From Macrostomum lignano (Eukaryota), in NCBI GenBank assembly GCA_002269645.1, contig NIVC01001249.1, forward strand, positions 1 to 64,000: a stretch of 64,000 nt of DNA. Reading direction: 5' to 3'. Positions 1 through 15,150 of this stretch are shown in pieces (within the stretch, counting starts at the first letter, position 1; each line of letters begins with the position of its first letter). The translations under genes were made by a program, and so were the position numbers. A model generated the notes under the pieces. It made no database searches, was not told the origin of the DNA, and worked only from the letters and a program-made list of their open reading frames with translations.

Positions 1-487
1 ATGTATGAAGTCTGGCGCCTCCGCGCTACCAAGTTCATGTCGCTTAGCCTGGCTCTCATTCAGACACACAGCTGGCGATTACGCAATCTGGACAAGACTG
101 ACCTCTGCAGTGAGTGTCTGTGTGTGTTTCGGCGAGTGAATGAGTGGGTGAGTTGGCGAGCCGCAGAACAGAACAGCATGTATTTGCTCTGAGGGTCTAG
201 CTATACCTAGTAGCGCTGCTTGACCTGCATCTGTTTAATGTCAATATTGACGACTGGCAGGCTTGGTTTGAGTATAGGGGATAATACGCTCATTCCAATA
301 ACATGATTTTTTGGTAAGGCTAGATGTTCATTCTAAAATTGTGTAAAATAGTTGTCGAGCTCGTACTCTCGCCAATGAGGGCCAACCCCCAAGACACAGA
401 AAAATTGGTTGCGGGTTTCTGGGATTACTTCCCATAAAACCCCCGATTAATCGCCTTCAAAACCTTCAACGAAAACTCGCTTGTCAG

Positions 488-751
488 GAGGCCAGCAGTT
501 TTCTGTCCGCCAATGCAACCAGGCACTCGGTCATCCGCGACTTTGCCAGCCGCCTGTCGCTGCTCTGTCCGGGCCGTCAGCGGCTGCTGAAGTCGAGGAT
601 CGCCGAGCTGAAGACCAGCTGGGACGCCGTGGCCTTCGCTGCCGCAGCCGGTGCCGCGGTGCTTGCCGCCATTGACGCGGTGCGTCTGGTAGCGTCAGGC
701 TGGCCACCGAGAGGAGGAAGGCGGAGGCGAGGCTGGAGATTGTGCTGGACG
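488..751 (+). CDS. Probable upstream exon of the klarsicht/nesprin-like gene (spectrin-repeat-like helices)
   Basis: Acceptor ttgtcag|GAG at 487/488 and donor ACG|gtgagt at 751/752 (phase 0/0). Reads EASSFLSANATRHSVIRDFASRLSLLCPGRQRLLKSRIAELKTSWDAV..., resembling spectrin-repeat helices B/C (L..L...W..). Linkage to the 12801 exon is inferred from phase and fold, not proven. Confidence 0.5.
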
Positions 752-775
752 GTGAGTGCTTCATAGTAGCTGTGG

Positions 776-2858
776 ATTGGGATCAGGGTGAATGGGGATC
801 AGGGTGAATGGGGATCAGGGTGAATGGGGATCAGGGTGAATGGGGATCAGGGTGAATGGGGATCAGGGTATATGGGGATCAGGGTAGATGGGGATCAGGG
901 TAGATAGGAATCAGAATAGATTGGGATCAGGGTAGATGGGGATCAGGGTAGATGGGGATCAGGGTAGATGGGAATCAGGGTAGATTGGGATCAGGGTAGA
1001 TTGGGATCAGGGTAGATGGGGATCAGGGTAGATGGGATCAGGGTAGATGGGGATCATGGTAGATAGGAATCAGAATAGATGGGATCAGGGTAGATGGGGA
1101 TCAGGGTAGATGGGGATCAGGGTAGATGGGGATCAGGGTAGATGGGGATCAGAGTAGATGGAAATCAGGGTAGATAGGAATCAGAATAGATTGGATCAGG
1201 GTAGATTGGGATCAGGGTAGATGGGGATCAGGGTAGATGGGGATCAGGGTAGATGGGGATCATGGTAGATAGGAATCAGAATAGATGGGGATCAGGGTAG
1301 ATGGGGATCAGGGTAGATGGGGATCAGGGTAGATGGGGATCAGGGTAGATGGAAATCAGGGTAGATAGGAATCAGAATAGATTGGGATAAGGGTAGATTA
1401 GGATCAGGGTAGATGGGGATCAGGGTAGATGGGGATCAGGGTAGATGGGGATCAGGGTAGATGGGGATCAGGGTAGATGGGGATCAGAATAGATGGGGAT
1501 CAGGGTAGATGGGGATCAGGGTAGATGGGGATCAGGGTAGATAGGAATCAGAATAGATTGGAATCAGGGTAGATGGGATCAGGGTAGAAAGGAATCAGAA
1601 TAGATTGGGATCAGGGTAGATGGGGATCAGAATAGATGGGGATCAGGGTAGATGGGGATCAGAATAGATGGGGATCAGGGTAGATGGGGATCAGAATAGA
1701 CGGGGATCAGGGTAGATGGGGATCAGGGTAGATGGGGATCAGGGTAGATGGGGATCAGGGTAGATAGGAATCAGAATAGATTGGGATCAGGGTAGATGGG
1801 GATCAGGGTAGATAGGAATCATAATAGATTGGGATCAGGGTAGATGGGGATCAGGGTAGATGGGGATCAGAATAGATGGGGATCAGGGTAGACGGGGATC
1901 AGAATAGATGGGATCAGGGTAGATGGGGATCAGAATAGACTGGGATCAGGGTAGATGGGGATCAGGGTAGATGGGGATCAGGGTAGATGGGGATCAGGGT
2001 AGATAGGAATCAGAATAGATTGGGATCAGGGTAGATGGGGATCAGGGTAGATGGGGATCAGAATAGATGGGGATCAGGGTAGACGGGATCAGAATAGATG
2101 GGGATCAGGGTAGATGGGATCAGAATAGATGGGGATCAGGGTAGATGGGGATCAGGGTAGATGGGGATCAGGGTAGATGGGGATCAGGGTAGATGGGGAT
2201 CAGGGTAGATAGGAATCAGAATAGATTGGGATCAGGGTAGATGGGGATCAGGGTAGATGGGGATCAGAATAGATTGGAATCAGGGTAGATTGGGATCAGG
2301 GTAGAAAGGAATCAGAATAGATTGGGATCAGGGTAGATGGGGATCAGAATAGATGGGGATCAGGGTAGATGGAGATCAGGGTAGATGGGGATCAGGGTAG
2401 ATGGGATCAGGGTAAGATAGGAATCAGAATAGATTGGGATCAGGGTAGATGGGGATCAGGGTAGATAGGAATCATAATAGATTGGGATCAGGGTAGATGG
2501 GGATCAGGGTAGATGGGGATCAGAATAGATTGGAATCAGGGTAGATTGGGATCAGGGTAGAAAGGAATCAGAATAGATGGGGATCAGGGTAGACGGGGAT
2601 CAGAATAGATGGGGATCAGGGTAGATGGGGATCAGAATAGATGGGGATCAGGGTAGATGGGGATCAGGGTAGATGGGGATCAGGGTAGATGGGGATCAGG
2701 GTAGATGGGGATCAGGGTAGATGGGATCAGGGTAGATAGGAATCAGAATAGATTGGGATCAGGGTAGATGGGGATCAGGGTAGATGGGGATCAGAATAGA
2801 TGGGGATCAGGGTAGACGGGGATCAGAATAGATAGGGATCAGGGTAGATGGGGATCAG
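776..2858. repeat. ~17-bp G-rich minisatellite (GATCAGGGTAGATGGGG) with GGAATCAGAATAGATT variants, ~2.1 kb
   Basis: Direct inspection; boundaries approximate. Confidence 0.95.
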
Positions 2859-3491
2859 AGAGTGTGATTAGTTATTAAGTACATTGAAAATTCAAATTGG
2901 TGTTGACATGGTGGATTGAAGTGAAAAGCAGATTTAAGGTTCGCGGAGAATGGAGAAATAGAAAGTGGAAAACACTGTCCAAGACATTCACCTCATCCGA
3001 AACATTGCGAAAACTTTTTTCTTCACAGAAAAGCAAAATCAGCAATAAATTATATCATTTTTATCCCCATCAGTTTTCGTTTTACGGTCTGTCATACACC
3101 CGAAATCCAAAACTTCGCGTGACTCATATCCTTAAAAACTTTCTGCGCAATGGTAACGGGACCTCTGCTACTAGGAGAGGTCAAACTTTCCTCCCTTAGA
3201 TGTCGAATGGAGGGTTTCTAGGGAAGAGAATTTTCTGGATTTTGCCAGCTGGGCAGCAGGGGATGGATAGTCTTGCCATTGGAGGAGGTTGGAGCTTGCG
3301 ATATTCAGACAGATAGGCAGAAAATTGGTTTCTCGGAAAGGTGGGTAGGGCGAGGCTGTAAAATGGGATTTCCGTCTGGTTGCAACTGGGAAGTGGCTTC
3401 TTGGCGGTCCGCCTGGTGGGTGGCGGAATCAAATTTTGGTTTCCAGTGTGGAAGCCTGGGCGCTGCGGCTGATTGTTATCGCATCTAGTTC

Positions 3492-4158
<667 letters not shown>

Positions 4159-4869
4159 TCCTGTCTGCTTGTTTGTGTCTACTTGCCTGTTTGCCTGACT
4201 GTCTGTGGTTACCTGTCTGTGGTTACCTGTCCGCTTGTCTATGCCTGCCTCTCTGTTGACTTGCCTGCGTTTCTGCCCATGAGAGTCCTGTATGCCTATC
4301 TTAGTTTCTTAGTGTCTTTCTGTCTGTCTATCCGCCCATCTACCCAGCTATATTGATCTGTTACGAATCCGATAGTCTCAATTGTTTCCCAGCATCCATC
4401 CGAACGCCATTTTCCTCCGGTGACCTCATTCCTTCGCTTGGTTTTGTGAGGGCCAGCACTTCGCTGCCTTCATGGTTAAGTTCACTCCAAGGGCAGCAGC
4501 TGGAGGCTCCTAGTGGACAGCAAATCTGTTTGGAACTGCCTAGCACAGCAGAGGATTGTAGGCGGCATTTGTTTCTATTTTTTAAGCCACCCTTCCCCTT
4601 GCAAAGGATTTTCTTTCCCAGCTTCTTTTAGACCAAGTTCGAGAGGAACTGCGCGCACCTGGGCATAGGGGAATACAGGGATAGGAATCAGTTCATTTTA
4701 CCTTCTTGTCTTTCTGCTGCCTCGCCTATAGTTCTAATTTTGGAGTAAAAAAAGGTCAATTAGCGAGCAAAACGGCTAGAAAAAGAGTGGCCAAGAAAGT
4801 ATTGAGCTGAAAGAGGATTAAGATTAAGAGGATTGAAACAATGGGGAATTAAAGTACAACGGGCAGACA

Positions 4870-5562
4870 ACTGCCTCTTCCGCTACTACAATGTCTCTTG
4901 ATCTCGCTACCACAGTGCCTCTCCCGCTACTACAATGTCTCTTGATCCCGCTACCACAGTGCCTCTCCCTCTACTACAATGTCTCTTGATCCCGCTACCA
5001 CAGTGCCTCTCCCGCTACTACAATGTCTCTTGATCCCGCTACCACAGTGCCTCTCCCTCTACTACAATGTCTCTTGATCCCGCTACCACAGTGCCTCTCC
5101 CGCTACTACAATGTCTCTTGATCCCGCTACCACAGTGCCTCTCCCGCTACTACAATGTCTCTTGATCCCGCTACCACAGTGCCTCTCCCTCTACTACAAT
5201 GTCTCTTGATCCCGCTACCACAGTGCCTCTCCCTCTACTACACATGTCTCTTGATCCCGCTACCACAGTGCCTCTCACGCTACCACAGTGCCTCTCCCGC
5301 TACCACAGTGCCTCTCACGCTACCACAGTGCCTCTCCCGCTACCACAGTGCCTCTCCCGCTACCACAGTTCCTCTCCCGCTACCACAGTGCCTCTCCCGC
5401 TACCACAGTGCCTCTCCCGCTACCACAGCGCCTCTCACGCTACCACAGTGCCTCTCCCGCTACCACAGTGCCTCTCCCGCTACCACAGAGCCTCTCCCGC
5501 TACCACAGTGCCTCTCACGCTACCACAGTGCCTCTCACGCTACCACAGCGCCTCTCACGCTA
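4870..5562. repeat. Composite minisatellite: 44-bp unit changing into its 20-bp subunit (CGCTACCACAGTGCCTCTCC)
   Basis: Direct inspection. Confidence 0.92.
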
Positions 5563-7704
5563 GAATCCAAATGATTGTAGAAGACTATAAAACTATATTA
5601 TATTAATCTCCCGCCATCATCAGATATTTGCTCGGACCTGCATCGCGTTGAATCCTGGTTAGCCAGCATCACAGGTAAGTGCCATGGTGTACTTTTCCGC
5701 TCTAATAATAAACAGCTTTGTGATTCTTACAGCAATTTTAATTGACAGATTTGAATTTGTGCTGGTAAAAAAACTTTCAGACACAAGCAATCGCCTGGCT
5801 GCACCGTTTAGCATAAGGTCGATCAATTTTCCAGCCATGACCGGTGCGGAAAGGTCTCACTGCGTCATACTACTTCAAGTGAGTAGTTCAATTGCTTGTT
5901 TTACTTATTTAACGCATATTTTTTTGTTAACCTCGAGTGCTTGGCTAAAAACAACACTAAATTATGACGTAAAGTATGACGGCGTAAGCTGCAATAAGGA
6001 CATTGAGACAACTTAATATTCCGTAATGCTTATATTTATATATAATATTCTATATATAACTCGTATGCAGTCTAAGATACAGTTTAACACCACGCACAAT
6101 TAAGCAGTGCAACAAATGTAAAAGTTATTAAAATTGAAACCAATTCAAAAAATTGTAAGCATCATGTTGGGTGCACAAATTAATAACTGTCTCAGTGTTA
6201 TTTTAACAGCCAAAATTGCTTTCGAGTTTTCATAAATTGGACATAGCTGGAGTACAGACAGAAGCTGGAATGTGAATCTTGAACAGACATTATCAGTTTG
6301 ATTTAACAACACAATTTAAGGCTTATACTGTACAGTATAAAGCTAGGCAGTAAACAGACGAGATAATTATGGTTATAAATTAAATTAATACGCGATTGTC
6401 AGTCGAACACGCAGGCTCGGGCGCGATGCATTATTAAGCATAAAAATAAACATATACGTATATATTCGATACCTACTACTGTCGAGCAGTCTGATTGAGT
6501 AGCAAGTAGCGTGTATTAAATTTATGAACCAGTCACAATTTCCAAACACCAATGGAAAAAAATGATGGATGAAGACGAGTTTCATTAAGAATATTGCATT
6601 ATTATTTAGACAGATACACCGATAACTGGGGAAAAACGAGGGAAAACCATGGAAAATCCGCAAATACCCACTGCGGGCCGACTACAAGTTAGTTACCGAT
6701 CGTTTTTTTATTATGCCAAACCGGTCCACACAAAAAATCAACTGATTGCACAAGACAGAAGTGCATTCGTACGAATAAAAAATGGGTGAAGTGTACTTTT
6801 ATAAACGTGCAAGCTGCAAGTAAAAAAATTAAATTCAGCTGTTTGAGTGCTAGCGATGAGACGAAGACTATAAAACGTGATTTTGTGAGTTGTGAAACAG
6901 AAAAAAACACCTATTAGGCTCATAATTCATAGCTGACATTGATTCTTAAATAATAAAACAGTTGAACCAATGCAGCCAGGTAAAAACAGCGATGACTTTT
7001 GCTAAAACAGCCAAACATCATTTTCTTTACGGCCAATAAATCCGAGATCCATTAAGCAACATAATTTTAATAAGAATTTCTAGATAGCAGAAATGACACA
7101 ACAAAAAGCTAGTTCATTTTCAAGCTGGCTAAAGGAATGTTCCGGAAAAAAAGTTTCGAATTAAACTAAAAATTGGATTCAAGCTGTCTTTTGAGATGCG
7201 CGATATTTGTCAGTTAATAAGCGACTCTAAAACAGTAAAGTTTCCGAGGGAACATCGGCAAGACTACAAGCTGTTCAACCAATTCAAGACAAAAAAATGT
7301 TTCGAGGCTTTCATTATAGCAAACGTTGCAACGGTAGCCAATCATAATAAAGCTGCGGCAGAGGTTTTAATTAGTAGAGAGCGCGGCGTGAAGTGGCTGT
7401 CAGTGGGAGCCAATCAGAACGAAGCTGGGGCAGAGGTTTGTAGTAAGTACAGAGATCGTGGCGTGAGGTGGGTGTCAGTAGGAGCCAATCAGAATGGAGC
7501 TGGGGCAGAGGTTTGTAGTTAGTAAAGAGAGCGCAGAGTGAGGTGGGTGCCAGTAGGAGCCAATCAGAATGGAACAGGAGGAAATTGCATAAAGTTGGGG
7601 TGAAACCACCTTGAAACCAGAATTCAAAGATATATCTTACTCAATAATTTTTAACATTACTAGAAGCAATCAGAATAGCATTTTCTCTTAATTATTTTAT
7701 CGAA

Positions 7705-8286
<582 letters not shown>

Positions 8287-8329
8287 CTATAGTTGCGATT
8301 CAATTGCCGCTGGGAATGGTAGCTGAGAT

Positions 8330-8880
8330 GGGGATCATGGGAATGCTACGGATTACTGTGATATTGGAGGATCAATAGGATTGGGGATCACTGGGATTGG
8401 AGAGTATTGGGATTTGGGATCATTGGGACTGGGACCATTGGGTTTTGGGGATCACTGAGATTGAGGATCATTGGGATTTAGGGATTACTGAGATTGAGGA
8501 TCATTGGGATTTGGGGATCACTGGAATTAAGGATCATTGGGATTTGCGGATCACTGGAATTGAGGATCATTGGGATTTGCGGATCACTGGAATTGAGGAT
8601 CATTGGGATTTGGAAATCACTAAACTTTGGGATCATTGGGATTTGGAAATCATTAAGATTGATGATCATTGGGATTTGGGACTGGGACTGAGGATTATTG
8701 GGATTTGGGGATCACTGAGATTGAGGATCATTGTGATTTGGGAATCACTGGGATTGAGGATCATTGGGATTTGGGGATCACTGGATTTTGGGGATCACTG
8801 GGATTTGGGGATCACTGGGATTTGGGGATCACTAAACTTTGGGATCATTGGGAGTTCGGGATCACTGGGATTTTGGGATC
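8330..8880. repeat. Degenerate ~30-bp GGGAT-rich minisatellite in KLC intron 2
   Basis: GAGGATCATTGGGATTTGGGGATCACTG repeats. Confidence 0.85.
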
Positions 8881-8919
8881 AAATTAGATGCCATATATTG
8901 TGTCCAGATTCTCTCTCTA

Positions 8920-9216
<297 letters not shown>

Positions 9217-9534
9217 TTAGCGGAGTAGACAATAAAACAGAATTCTGCAGCCTCGTCACCTTATTAGTTGGTGATTTATAATTAAAAGAAATTCTAAGCA
9301 AGCCTAATGGAAACCATAAATAAATTAACTGTGATGCTCATAGAGGCTTCTAATAACGACGGAGTGAATCGAAAGAGAGAGAAAGAGTAATAAAGAACCT
9401 AGAAATATGAAGTCAGTAGTACAGAGCGTGCATTATTTATGTTAATTTCATCAGTCAAAAAGATGGGACATGGGAGATAAGATGTTTTACATTTTGGAAT
9501 TAGAGTTCTGGGACTTGAGGTCAGGATTGTGGAA

Positions 9535-10400
9535 TTATGGGATTCGGGATTGTTGCATTCTGGGATTCGGGATTGTTGCATTATGGGATTCGGGATTGTT
9601 GCATTCTGGGATTCGGGATTGTTGCATTATGGGATTCGGGATTGTTGCATTCTGGGATTCGGGATTGTTGCATTATGGGATTCGGGATTGTTGCATTATG
9701 GGATTTAGGATTGTTGCATTATGGGATTCGGGATTGTTGCATTATGGGATTCGGGATTGTTGCATTCTGGGATTCGGGATTGTTGCATTATTGGATTCGG
9801 GATTGTTGCATTCTGGGATTCGGGATTGTTGCATTATGGGATTCGGGATTGTTGCATTCTGGGATTCGGGATTGTTGCATTATTGGATTCGGGATTGTTG
9901 CATTCTGGGATTCGGGATTGTTGCATTTTGGGATTCGGGATTGTTGCATTATGGGATTCGGGATTGTTGCATTATGGGATTTGGGATTGTTGCATTATGG
10001 GATTCGGGATTGTTGCATTATGGGATTCGGGATTGTTGCATTATGGGATTTAGGATTGTTGCATTATGGGATTCGGGATTGTTGCATTCTGGGATTCGGG
10101 ATTGTTGCATTTTGGGATTCGGGATTGTTGCATTATGGGATTTGGGATTGTTGCATTATGGGATTCGGGATTGTTGCATTATGGGATTCGGGATTGTTGC
10201 ATTATGGGATTCGGGATTGTTGCATTATGGGATTCGGGATTGTTGCATTATGGGATTCGGGATTGTTGCATTATGGGATTCAGGATTGTTGCATTATGGG
10301 ATTCTGAATTGTTGCATTATGGGATTCGGGATTGTTGCATTATGGGATTCGGGATTCGGTTTTGTTGCATAATGGGATTCGGGATTCGGATTCGGGATTT
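9535..10400. repeat. 23-bp minisatellite (TGGGATTCGGGATTGTTGCATTA) in KLC intron 1
   Basis: Direct inspection. Confidence 0.95.
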
Positions 10401-10640
10401 TGTCATTCGGGACTTGGGTTGGTGAGATTCGGGATACTATTACAAAGATCTGGAATAGGGATTCCACAGGGATTCTGGATTTTGGGATTTGAAAGCAGAA
10501 TTCTAGAATTCAGAATCGAGGTTCTCAGGATACGGAATCAAGACTATTGAGCAGTACGCATGGGATCTGGAGAATGATTGGACACAGCTTCATTGAGGGT
10601 CTTTCCGAATGAACAGATTCATTAAGGTAAAAAGCCTCAC

Positions 10641-11300
10641 CTCGTAGCGGCCCTGCCCAGCATATTGGATCACCAGGTTGTGCAGGGTCCTCAGCCTAGC
10701 CGGGATCTCGTATCCGCCAGAGGCCACATTCTGCATAGAGGACGCGTGACTCATTGTGCTCATGGTCATGGGATCCTCCGGCTGCTGGCCCGGCTGCTGT
10801 TGCTGCTGCTGCTCCTTACTAGCCCCCTCATCGCCCGCTGTTGCAGCCTCCGCTTCCGCATCGAATTTCTGCATCTCTTGCATAAACTGCAGCTGGGCTT
10901 TCTCCTCTTCTAGCTGGGCATTCTGCTCCTCGCTCTTCACCAGCTTCTGCTGTGTGCTGGCCAGCTCCTCACGGAGCCACACGTTCTCCTGGACGAGTCG
11001 GCGGACCTGACTGCGTAGCTTGTTCACCTCGGACTCGTTGTACTGCATGTACTGCGACAGGGCCGTGATCATCTCGGCTTCGTCTAGGCCCTTCTCTATG
11101 CGCTCCAGAGCCTGCTCGAGGTAGGGCAGCTGCGCCTCGACCACGGCGCCCTCCTCTCCGCTGCGAGGCGACGCCATCAGAGTCTGGTAGTATTTCTCCT
11201 GGTCGCTGCGCAGTGTTGCCAGGGTCTTCTTGGTGGCTTCAGCCTGACGAATGATATCGTCCTGTGTGGCTACTCCGCTCTGCTTCATTGCTTCTGGCAT
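10641..11300 (-). CDS. KLC: Kinesin light chain, exon 1 (heptad repeat, linker, start of TPR1)
   Basis: ATG at 11300. ESEVNKLRSQVRRLVQENVWLREELASTQQKL heptad and GGYEIPARLRTLHNLVIQYAGQGRYE, then donor GAG|gtgagg. The three exons total 1455 nt (484 aa plus stop) in frame. Confidence 0.96.
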
Positions 11301-11432
11301 TGTTTAGTAGTTTTGAATAGGAGAATAGTTTTGTAATTCAACTTTTTTTGTATTTCCTTCGAATCAAATATGCAATTTATGCATAATCAGAAATTTGACT
11401 CCTCGGCGTCTCGGAATTGATTTTTTGATCAC

Positions 11433-11470
11433 GTTGCTAAGCTACCGACCGGTCTGAACTCGTTAGCAAC
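11433..11470. promoter_or_regulatory. Candidate RFX X-box pair upstream of KLC
   Basis: GTTGCTAAGCTAC at 11433-11445 (reverse complement GTAGCTTAGCAAC) and half-site TAGCAAC at 11464-11470, about 130-170 bp upstream of the ATG. Motif match only. Confidence 0.3.
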
Positions 11471-12800
11471 GCAGTTTCTTGATTTTTCTCTCTTAGCAAG
11501 ACTAAGGGTTGAGTATAATGCAGTTATAATGATTGTGCTTGTTCGCTTGAGCGTGAAAAAAACTGGGTTGGAGCTTGGAATGAAAATGGAACACCGAATT
11601 TCTTGGGCGGGGCGTTCGACGCTAAAATATTTTCTCTTTGCAGAAGAATAGTAGCTTTGCTTGAAAGCAGAGTTTTAGCAGGAGCAAGGAGCACAGGGGG
11701 AATGAGCGTATTGGGGAGGGGTGGACAAGAGAGCGGAAAGGGTCTCATAAGGCAAAAACACGTTCTCACCCGACGCCAACCCCTCCGATTGTACGCAGGC
11801 CAAGAATTCCTTTAAAAAAAACAAGCGCGGGACGATCCAGTTAGTCTAGCTGGCAATTCCTAACCCTCACTGTTAGGGTGGGGGGGTTGTTGAGTGGCCC
11901 GCGCGGGGATAGGGTTGGGCTTGACCGATCGATAATCCACCAGTGTACAAGCTTGCTAAGGACAGGGTAGGGGGTTTACGACCGCCCGGCCTTGCCCCAG
12001 CTCCAGCTGAGATTCCCCTCCCCCACCCATCCAATGCCAGCCATGAAACCCTTTGGAATGTGATTGTGCTTGTACGTGTACAAACTTTCATATTTTAAGC
12101 TGCAGCTCTTTATAGTACATGCCTGGATGGAGAAAAGATAATTACTGTACAAAATCCGTCAACCTCAATCCGTCAATCCGAGTTGCCGATCCCTATTTTT
12201 GCATCAGAAGCGACCGACCAATTAGAATGCTTAGAATGTACTCTCCTTTTTATTCGCGTTCTTCCCAATCCCTGGCTCTGTCCCATTTTCCAGCATAGAC
12301 TTGGAAGCATTCTTGAACGAAAGTGAGGCATCAGTCTCTTCCCTGTCTCTGCGCTATCCATTTGCTTTGCATCAGAGCTGAGCACAGTTACATTCATAGC
12401 TAATAGTTGCCGTAGAAACTAGCAGTTTTGTACTGACTATACTGTACCTACCTAACAGCCTAAAATCCTCAGCTAAGAGGTTAGGAAAGCAACAAGAGCC
12501 GGGGGTGGGAACAGCATTGCACATTCTTGTTTTTGACCAATGCGAGAGAGCGGAGAGTACGAATAAGATTTTAGTAGTTGAAAGGCACTGTGGGATCTCC
12601 CGAGGGTTGGCTCGGGGATCGGGTTATAAGGAGATCGCGGGTTTTTGTAAAAGATTGTATAGGAAACTTCGCATTCTCAATTCCTTCCCACTCTAAGTAA
12701 GTACAAGTGCAGCAGTATATAATTGTCTAAGATTACAGACTAATATGAAACTCACTACCACTATACTCAGACAACTTCAACTCACTCTACACTATTTCAG

Positions 12801-13052
12801 CAACAGGAAGGCGAGTTTCGAATCCACTTGTCGGCAATCTCATATGCTAGACGATTACTAGACAAGCTCGCTGACCCCTGCCAGCTCACAGAGAGCTTGG
12901 AGCTACAAGTTCAGCGACATATCATACGGACAGAGAAGCTTAAGTCGCGCCTTTACGAGCTCTGGCTTCAGCTGCTGGAGCTCAAGTACTCGCTAGATTC
13001 CGAGTTCCTGGCCTCCAGGCGCAGGTCCAGGTCGCGTTTGCTGCTTGTCTCG
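12801..13052 (+). CDS. Klarsicht/nesprin-like KASH protein, exon (spectrin-like repeat)
   Basis: Acceptor tatttcag|CAA and donor TCG|gtgagt (phase 0). QQEGEFRIHLSAISYARRLLDKL...KLKSRLYELWLQLLELKYSLD recalls the klarsicht/nesprin helix pattern R..LWL..LE...LE. Confidence 0.7.
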
Positions 13053-13086
13053 GTGAGTGGTCTGCGGGGGAGAGAATCGTCTCTTA

Positions 13087-13585
13087 AAATCTCTGCTGAG
13101 AATCGCCTTTAGGAATCTCCGCCGAGAATCGCCTTTAAGAATCTCTGCTGAGAATCACCTTTAAGAATCTCTGCTGAGAATCACCTTTAAGAATCTCTGC
13201 TGAGAATCACCTTTAAGAATCTCTGCTGAGAATCACCTTTAAGAATCTCTGCTGAGAATCACCTTTAAGAATCTCTGCTGAGAATCACCTTTAAGAATCT
13301 CTGCTGAGAATCACCTTTAAGAATCTCTGCTGAAAATCACCTTTAAGAATCTCTGCTGAGAGTTCCATTTCGAAATTTCTGCAGAGAATTGCTCCTAGAA
13401 ATCTCTTCTCTGCTGAGAATCGCTCCTAGAAATCTCTTCTCTGCTGAGAATCGCTCCTAGAAATCTCTTCTCTGCTGAGAATCGCTCCTAGAAATCTCTT
13501 CTCTGCTGAGAATCGCTCCTAGAAATCTCTTCTCTGTTGAGAATCGCTCCTAGAAATCTCTTCTCTGCTGAGAATCGCTCCTAAA
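13087..13585. repeat. 26-bp then 31-bp minisatellite (GAATCTCTGCTGAGAATCACCTTTAA)
   Basis: Direct inspection. Confidence 0.92.
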
Positions 13586-14299
13586 AACCTCGTCTCTGCT
13601 GGGAATCAATGCTACCCCCTCTAGTGGCCTTAGGCTTGGAGTTTTGTCATTTACGCTTATGCACATGTACATGTACTCATTACAGTGTACAATATAGAGT
13701 ACACAGTACTGTATAGAGCAGAAATATGGAGGACCAAGGTACACTCGGCAAATAACAAACTGGCAAATGCAAGGTTCCCAGTCTCTGGCCCGGCCTAGCC
13801 AGGCGGGCCATTTTAAAGCTCTCAGCCAAATTTGCGACTGAAGGAGAGAAAATGAAGGTGCAGTAAAAGCAAAGGTTTCTCTTAGCCTGGTAGGTATATA
13901 ACCGTTATTATTTTAAGCGCAAACCTTCCGAACCATTCTTGGTTTTAGTCTTTTGTTCGTCTGCAACTATTTCTTCTTGCAAAAGAAACATTTGAGTTTT
14001 GATAATATAAATATAGTCTTAACAACATGCACGCGAGCACTTGCAACCATGGCTATTGAAGTTGGAGATTTCGAGGCCCCGAGGTTGCTGCTTTTTGCGA
14101 CATGGCTTCTTTTGTAAGTTCGAAGTTGATCGAATTGAGTCGCTTCTTTGAGCTTGTGAAGAGTGGAGAGAGTTGGATGTGTGGAAGGGTAATCGGAAAA
14201 TAGTAAAGTAGTGCAGTGTGGGCTGCATGTGAAGGAAATGAAGGAGGCGAACAAAGGATTAAGGAGATCAAAAAGGGGAGTTGAGTGGTTGAACTGGAG

Positions 14300-15150
14300 A
14301 GATCCAGGGTGAGAGTGAGTGAAGCGATGTGAGAATAGGAAAGTGATAGACTCAGGGTGTGAGTAGAGTAACTGAAGCGATAGAGTCAGTGTGAGAGTAG
14401 AGTGTAGAGATAGACTCAGGGTGAGAGTAGAGTGTAGAGATAGACTCAGGGTGAGAGCAGAGTGTAGCGATAGACTCAGGGTGAGAGCAGAGTGTAGCGA
14501 TAGATCCAGGGTGAGAGTAGAGTGAGTGAAGCGATAGATCCAGGGTGAGAGTAGAGTTTAGCGATAGATCCAGGGTGAGAGTAGAGTGAGTGAAGCGATA
14601 TATCCAGGGTGAGAGTAGAGTGAGTGAAGCGATAGATCCAGGGTGAGAGTAGAGTTTAGCGATAGATCCAGGGTGAGAGTAGAGTGAGTGAAGCGATAGA
14701 TCCAGGGTGAGAGTAGAGTGAGTGAAGCGATAGATCCAGGGTGAGAGTAGAGTGTAGCGATAGATCCAGGGTGAGAGTAGAGTTTAGCGATAGATCCAGG
14801 GTGAGAGTAGAGTGAGTGAAGCGATAGATCCAGGGTGAGAGTAGAGTGAGTGAAGCGATAGATCCAGGGTGAGAGTAGAGTTTAGGGATAGATCCAGGGT
14901 GAGAGTAGAGTGAGTGAAGCGATAGATCCAGGGTGAGAGTAGAGTTTAGCGATAGATCCAGGGTGAGAGTAGAGTTTAGCGATAGATCCAGGGTGAGAGT
15001 AGAGTGAGTGAAGCGATAGATCCAGGGTGAGAGTAGAGTGAGTGATGCGATAGATTTGGGGTGATAGATTCAGAGTGATAGATCCAGGATGAGAGTAGAG
15101 TGTAGCGATAGATTTGGGGTGAGAGTAGAGTAGAGTACAGCGATAGATTA
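14300..15150. repeat. 30/35-bp purine-rich minisatellite (GATAGATCCAGGGTGAGAGTAGAGT...)
   Basis: Direct inspection. Confidence 0.92.

Noticed and set aside
1-192. ORF at the window start, perhaps another KASH-gene exon
   Set aside because: Truncated by the window edge; two candidate donors (110, 148) and no recognisable motif, so not called.
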